A DNA stretch of 10,162 nt, taken from the NCBI GenBank assembly GCA_964636085.1, contig CAZWPQ010000051.1, positions 1 through 10,162 on the forward strand, given 5' to 3'. A model generated the notes under the pieces. The model saw only the letters and a list, made by a program, of their open reading frames with translations. It did no database searches and was not told the origin of the DNA. Within the stretch, counting starts at the first letter, position 1. Each line of letters starts with the position of its first letter. Below are positions 6,477 through 10,162 of the stretch, in pieces. A program made the translations under genes and the position numbers. Source of the DNA: an uncultured Nitrososphaerota archaeon (GTDB lineage: Archaea > Asgardarchaeota > Njordarchaeia > Njordarchaeales > Panguiarchaeaceae).

Positions 6477-7421
6477 ATGGATAAGTTTAAATATGTTTTT
6501 GGGCCTGTCCCATCACGCAGACTTGGCTATTCACTGGGTATTAATAACTTGCCATCTAAAATATGCTCGTATTCCTGCATATATTGCCAGTTAGGTGCAA
6601 CAAAAGCTTTGACAATTAGGAGATATGGTTACTCGGATCCAGATAGGATTGTGGATGAGATTCTTACCGTGTTGAAAAAGGATGTGAATGTGGACTACAT
6701 AACATTTGTCCCAAATGGCGAACCTACCCTGGATCTTAATCTGGGGAAGATTGTAGAAACTCTTAGAGAAGAGACAGCTAAGCCACTAGCGATACTTACC
6801 AATGCATCATTAATCTGGATGAGTGATGTTTTTGATGATCTTCTTAAATTCGACCTAGTATCAATAAAAATTGATGCTACCATGGACTTATGGCGCCAAG
6901 TGAATAGGCCGCACCCTGACCTTGAATACGATCGCGTCTTGGAAGGGATCATGAATTTTTCCGAGACATACGATAGAGAAATAATAACAGAAACAATGTT
7001 AATACACCATATTAACACATCTAGGGGCACTCTAGAGAACATCGCTACAGTCATCCAAGACATCAAACCAAAGAAGGCATATTTATCAATACCTATCAGG
7101 CCGCCTACGGAGAATTGGGTTAAGAAACCCACTGAAGAAGAACTAGTCCTAGCATACGCGGTTTTTTCTAGGAAAATAGGAGAAGATAGAGTCGAAATAT
7201 TGGGGCATCTAGAACCATTTGACTTTCAAGTGCGTGACGATCCCATAGGATACATACTTGCAACAACAAGAGTGCATCCACTCAGTATAGAGTATGCAAA
7301 GAAAATATTGTCTAAATGTGGACTAGACCCAGAAAAAGTCCTACAAAAACTCTTTGACAAACAACTAATCAAGATCGTGGAGTTCGAAGACAAAAAATTC
7401 ATATTAGCTAGGATTCATTAA
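6477..7421 (+). CDS. Radical SAM Fe-S protein (COG0731-type, FGPVPSRRLG family)
   Basis: FGPVPSRRLGYSLG, CSYSCIYC (CxxxCxxC), GEPTL, LTN, SIKIDA and ETML motifs. Starts 24 nt after the dtxR stop. Confidence 0.92.
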   Translation: MDKFKYVFGPVPSRRLGYSLGINNLPSKICSYSCIYCQLGATKALTIRRYGYSDPDRIVDEILTVLKKDVNVDYITFVPNGEPTLDLNLGKIVETLREETAKPLAILTNASLIWMSDVFDDLLKFDLVSIKIDATMDLWRQVNRPHPDLEYDRVLEGIMNFSETYDREIITETMLIHHINTSRGTLENIATVIQDIKPKKAYLSIPIRPPTENWVKKPTEEELVLAYAVFSRKIGEDRVEILGHLEPFDFQVRDDPIGYILATTRVHPLSIEYAKKILSKCGLDPEKVLQKLFDKQLIKIVEFEDKKFILARIH

Positions 7422-7567
7422 ATCCACGTAATGATCCCAATAAGAATCTCCTCACGACCTAAGTATTAGCCGCAAAAGTTTCTACATGCCAATACACAGA
7501 ATATCCTTCATTAGAATCAAAATCCCGCAGAGTTTATATTCTATTAGTTTTATATTAATACTTATAT

Positions 7568-8029
7568 TTGGAGATAAGATTGAAATATAAAATAGACAAT
7601 ATCAATGAAATCGTGGATAAAATCAGATCAGCATTGCTGAAATTCCCATATTCAACACATATAAAATATGCTATCCTTTTTGGTTCCACTATACATGATT
7701 CCACACACCATGAAAGTGACATAGATGTCTTGGTAAGAGTCGATGAAAAGAGCGACATAATTAATTTGGTCGTGGAGCTAACATTCTTTATCTCTAAGGA
7801 ATTATGTGTGAAGGAAGATTACGTTGATATTCTACCTATTAAGAAGAAAAACGATGTTCCATATGATATGCTTTATGACATATATACAAATGGCATAACA
7901 ATCATCATAAATGATAGAGATACATACCATAGGGATTTTGTTAGGGCCATTTCACTCTACTGCGACCTGCAAATATTCCTTAGAAAACATAATGCTGTAG
8001 GGAATTTCCTTAGGATTCTGAGGGGCTGA
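7568..8029 (+). CDS. mntA: Minimal nucleotidyltransferase (MNT), MntA-type antitoxin
   Basis: LFGS-TIHDSTHHES-DID matches GSX10DXD, with a later VD. Directly upstream of a HEPN gene. TTG start at 7568 or 7580. Confidence 0.85.
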   Translation: MEIRLKYKIDNINEIVDKIRSALLKFPYSTHIKYAILFGSTIHDSTHHESDIDVLVRVDEKSDIINLVVELTFFISKELCVKEDYVDILPIKKKNDVPYDMLYDIYTNGITIIINDRDTYHRDFVRAISLYCDLQIFLRKHNAVGNFLRILRG

Positions 8030-8031
8030 CC

Positions 8032-8460
8032 TTGATAGCATATGATTTATATGCTGTCATAGCAAAAAATGTAGCCGAGCTTGATAAGCTACTCGAAAAA
8101 ATGAGCATTGATGAAATACTGGACAACTATATTACTTTTCATGGTGTCGTTCATGTCCTTCAAATAATCATTCAGGCCTTAATAGACCTTGGGCAATATG
8201 TCATATCTATAAAAGGACAGAAACCACCCTCAACTTACTCTGAAATCCCCCTAATCTTAAAAGATCTAGAGGTAATAACGAAAAGCGAAGCCAGCCAATT
8301 CAGAAAAATGATTGGATTTAGAAACATCATCGTTCATAGGTATACTGATCTAAATCTTACAATAATAGAAAAAATACTCGCTAATAAGCTCTATAAGAAC
8401 GCACTAGAAATCTCAAAAAAACTTGTAATAGCGTCAAAAACAAATAGCAAAACAACATAA
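8032..8460 (+). CDS. hepT: HEPN (DUF86) RNase toxin, HepT-type
   Basis: GFRNIIVHRY matches RX4HXY; LQIIIQALID and PxTYxE motifs; 2 nt after the MNT stop. Confidence 0.88.
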   Translation: MIAYDLYAVIAKNVAELDKLLEKMSIDEILDNYITFHGVVHVLQIIIQALIDLGQYVISIKGQKPPSTYSEIPLILKDLEVITKSEASQFRKMIGFRNIIVHRYTDLNLTIIEKILANKLYKNALEISKKLVIASKTNSKTT

Positions 8461-8727
8461 TATATCTGCAATACAGAAATAAACCATAAAAATATGCTCA
8501 ACCAGCAAATAGTATATCTATCAATCAAACACCAGTAGGCCAGAGACGTACATTGTCTTGTGGGAGGAAACTACTCTACAAATGAAGACATAACGGCTAC
8601 GAAAAGAAAAGGGAAAAAGCTAGCCTTTCCCTCCCCACAACTGAAGAGCAACGATCTACATCCAACATCTTGTCAAGGCAATAACTCCAAACAATTTTCA
8701 GATACAATACACTAAAAAATCAGTCCT

Positions 8728-8749
8728 AAACAAAACAAAATAAAAAGAT
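8728..8749 (-). terminator. Oligo-T terminator
   Basis: ATCTTTTTATTTTGTTTTGTTT immediately after the stop at 8750. Confidence 0.55.
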
Positions 8750-10162
8750 CTACTCTAGAATAGCGTCGATAGCATCTCTATCAATCTCATGAATCATCGG
8801 AATACCAAGAACCTCCTTAGCATGAGGAGTCAATGCAGCAAGCAGAGAACGATCAAGCAAGTCAAGCTTAAATCTTCTAGCACCCGCCATCAACTGCTTA
8901 AGGCCCACACCAATGTACTCAGCATAGGAATAGATACCAATAGCACCATGCGGGATCTTCTTAACCCTATCACCAAACTTCTGCTTCAACTCATGATATA
9001 CAGCAAATATACTCTCCACCCTACCGCCATACACCTCAGCAAACGCCTTGTTACGCTTGGCTAGCTCACCCTTCTCAGCCCACTCGCCATAAAGCTTAGC
9101 CTTGAACACGGCAGTAAGTATAGGCTTAGCCATAGCAACAGCACGCACAAATGGGCCAGGACCACCATTAGGCCACCTACTAAGAGCAATAGTCTTAAAG
9201 ATCTGTGTAGAATCGATGAAACCACCAGCCATCATAATATGTGGGACATGCTTACCCTTCTTCCAGAGCCTATAAGCAGCTTCGAGGATATAAGCCTCCA
9301 TGTAGATCGTAGGAACGCCCTGCTCAAGCATCATCGGCCATGGCGACATGCCTGTTCCTCCTGGTTGGCCGTCGAAGGTGACGTAGTCGAGTTTTGCTTC
9401 TGATGCTACTTTGAGGGCCCAGACGGTTACTGCGGGTCTGTATTGGCCCATTTTTAGGCCTACGATTTTTGCTCCTTGTTCTCTTAGTTTTTCTATGTCT
9501 TCTACGAAGCCTTCTAGTGTTGGCATTCCTAGTCTTGAGTGTCTTTCGAAACTCCTTATTGTTCCTGCTTTGAATGCTTCTTGTACCGCTGGGTCTCTTG
9601 GGTCTGGTATTACTATATATCCTCTTTCTGCTAGCATTTTTGCTTTTTCTAGGTCGAAGATTCTTACCTCCCCCCCTATCGATTTTGCTCCTTGTCCCCA
9701 TTTTCTTTCTATTACGTTAACCTCTAGTTTTGTTATTGCGTATATGTCTACTCCTAGTCTTTGGTCTTCTACATTTGTTTGTACTGCTATGTCTCCCCAT
9801 TCTCCATCCCACCACTCTCTGAATGCATCTACTCTCCTCTTCATGTCTGGTGAGTCCTGTACTTTTCCATTACTTATTACTGAGTTGGGATCCATCCCGC
9901 ATACGTTTTCTCCGATTACTGTGAGTATCCCTGCTATTGCTGCTCCACCATAGATATGTTCTGCATTTTTGGCCGCTACTTTTGTTGAGCCTAATGCCGC
10001 TATTGTTATAGGTACTTTAAGCTTTACCCTATGTTTGAATCCGAGGTATGTTGTGATGTCTACGTGATCAAATATTGCTTTGTCAGGGTCTCGAAATTCC
10101 TCGGGGAATGTTGCTTCTTTTCTGACATCGCTCATTATTTGTATGTCTGCCCAGTCTAGGCC
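8750..10162 (-). CDS. Stand-alone FMN-binding glutamate synthase family protein; 5' end lies beyond the window
   Basis: PITIAALGS, IERKWGQGAKSIGGE, LKMG, DYVTFDGQPGGTGMSP and MAGG...IFKTIAL FMN-barrel motifs. The frame stays open upstream of ATG 10135 (GLDWADIQI) to the edge. Confidence 0.9.
   Translation of the reverse strand, partial: GLDWADIQIMSDVRKEATFPEEFRDPDKAIFDHVDITTYLGFKHRVKLKVPITIAALGSTKVAAKNAEHIYGGAAIAGILTVIGENVCGMDPNSVISNGKVQDSPDMKRRVDAFREWWDGEWGDIAVQTNVEDQRLGVDIYAITKLEVNVIERKWGQGAKSIGGEVRIFDLEKAKMLAERGYIVIPDPRDPAVQEAFKAGTIRSFERHSRLGMPTLEGFVEDIEKLREQGAKIVGLKMGQYRPAVTVWALKVASEAKLDYVTFDGQPGGTGMSPWPMMLEQGVPTIYMEAYILEAAYRLWKKGKHVPHIMMAGGFIDSTQIFKTIALSRWPNGGPGPFVRAVAMAKPILTAVFKAKLYGEWAEKGELAKRNKAFAEVYGGRVESIFAVYHELKQKFGDRVKKIPHGAIGIYSYAEYIGVGLKQLMAGARRFKLDLLDRSLLAALTPHAKEVLGIPMIHEIDRDAIDAILE

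Noticed and set aside
6477-7421. Calling the radical SAM gene taw1/TYW1
   Set aside because: It lacks the additional N-terminal Cys ligands for the auxiliary cluster.
5007-7758. ORFs 5007-5234, 5609-5845, 6002-6250, 6172-6363, 6695-7132 and 7555-7758
   Set aside because: They overlap recognised genes antisense or out of frame and have no motifs.
8582-8644. Possible C/D box sRNA (ATGAAGA...CTGA) with an internal AGGGAAA/TTTCCCT hairpin
   Set aside because: No convincing D'/C' boxes at the expected spacing, and the short hairpin could be chance.
8789-9953. ORFs 8789-9064, 9324-9701 (R/K-rich) and 9411-9953
   Set aside because: Best explained as by-products of the skewed third-position usage in the FMN-protein gene.
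1-10162. CRISPR array, tRNA/rRNA, transposase or integrase
   Set aside because: No spaced direct repeats, cloverleaf or recombinase motifs were seen.

Overview
This is an archaeal-type window (GGTGA/GGTGG ribosome-binding sites, TTTATAAA boxes, oligo-T terminators). From left to right it holds: (i) a minus-strand cluster of four small Arg/Gly/aromatic-rich proteins, namely an edge-truncated RG-repeat protein missed by the ORF track, an ArsR-like wHTH regulator, a single-TM protein with a YGG/RGG/poly-R tail, and a double CxxC-ribbon protein with an RGG tail; (ii) a 1067-aa membrane-anchored surface protein made of two tandem ~420-aa DxDxDG (FG-GAP-like) propeller units plus five Asp-rich Ca-binding repeats; (iii) a decaying feoA-feoA-feoB operon (one intact feoA, one frameshifted feoA, one mutated and truncated feoB), divergent from a DtxR/MntR regulator and a COG0731-type radical SAM gene, with a tandem DtxR-type operator; (iv) an MntA/HepT toxin-antitoxin pair; (v) an edge-truncated FMN-binding glutamate-synthase-family gene. 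The most notable signals are the RG/aromatic low-complexity protein cluster next to iron genes, a shared three-hexamer promoter element linking that cluster to the feo/dtxR divergon, the double-propeller gene sitting where the rest of feoB should be, and sharp within-gene switches in synonymous codon usage. All calls come from manual reading; no searches were run.
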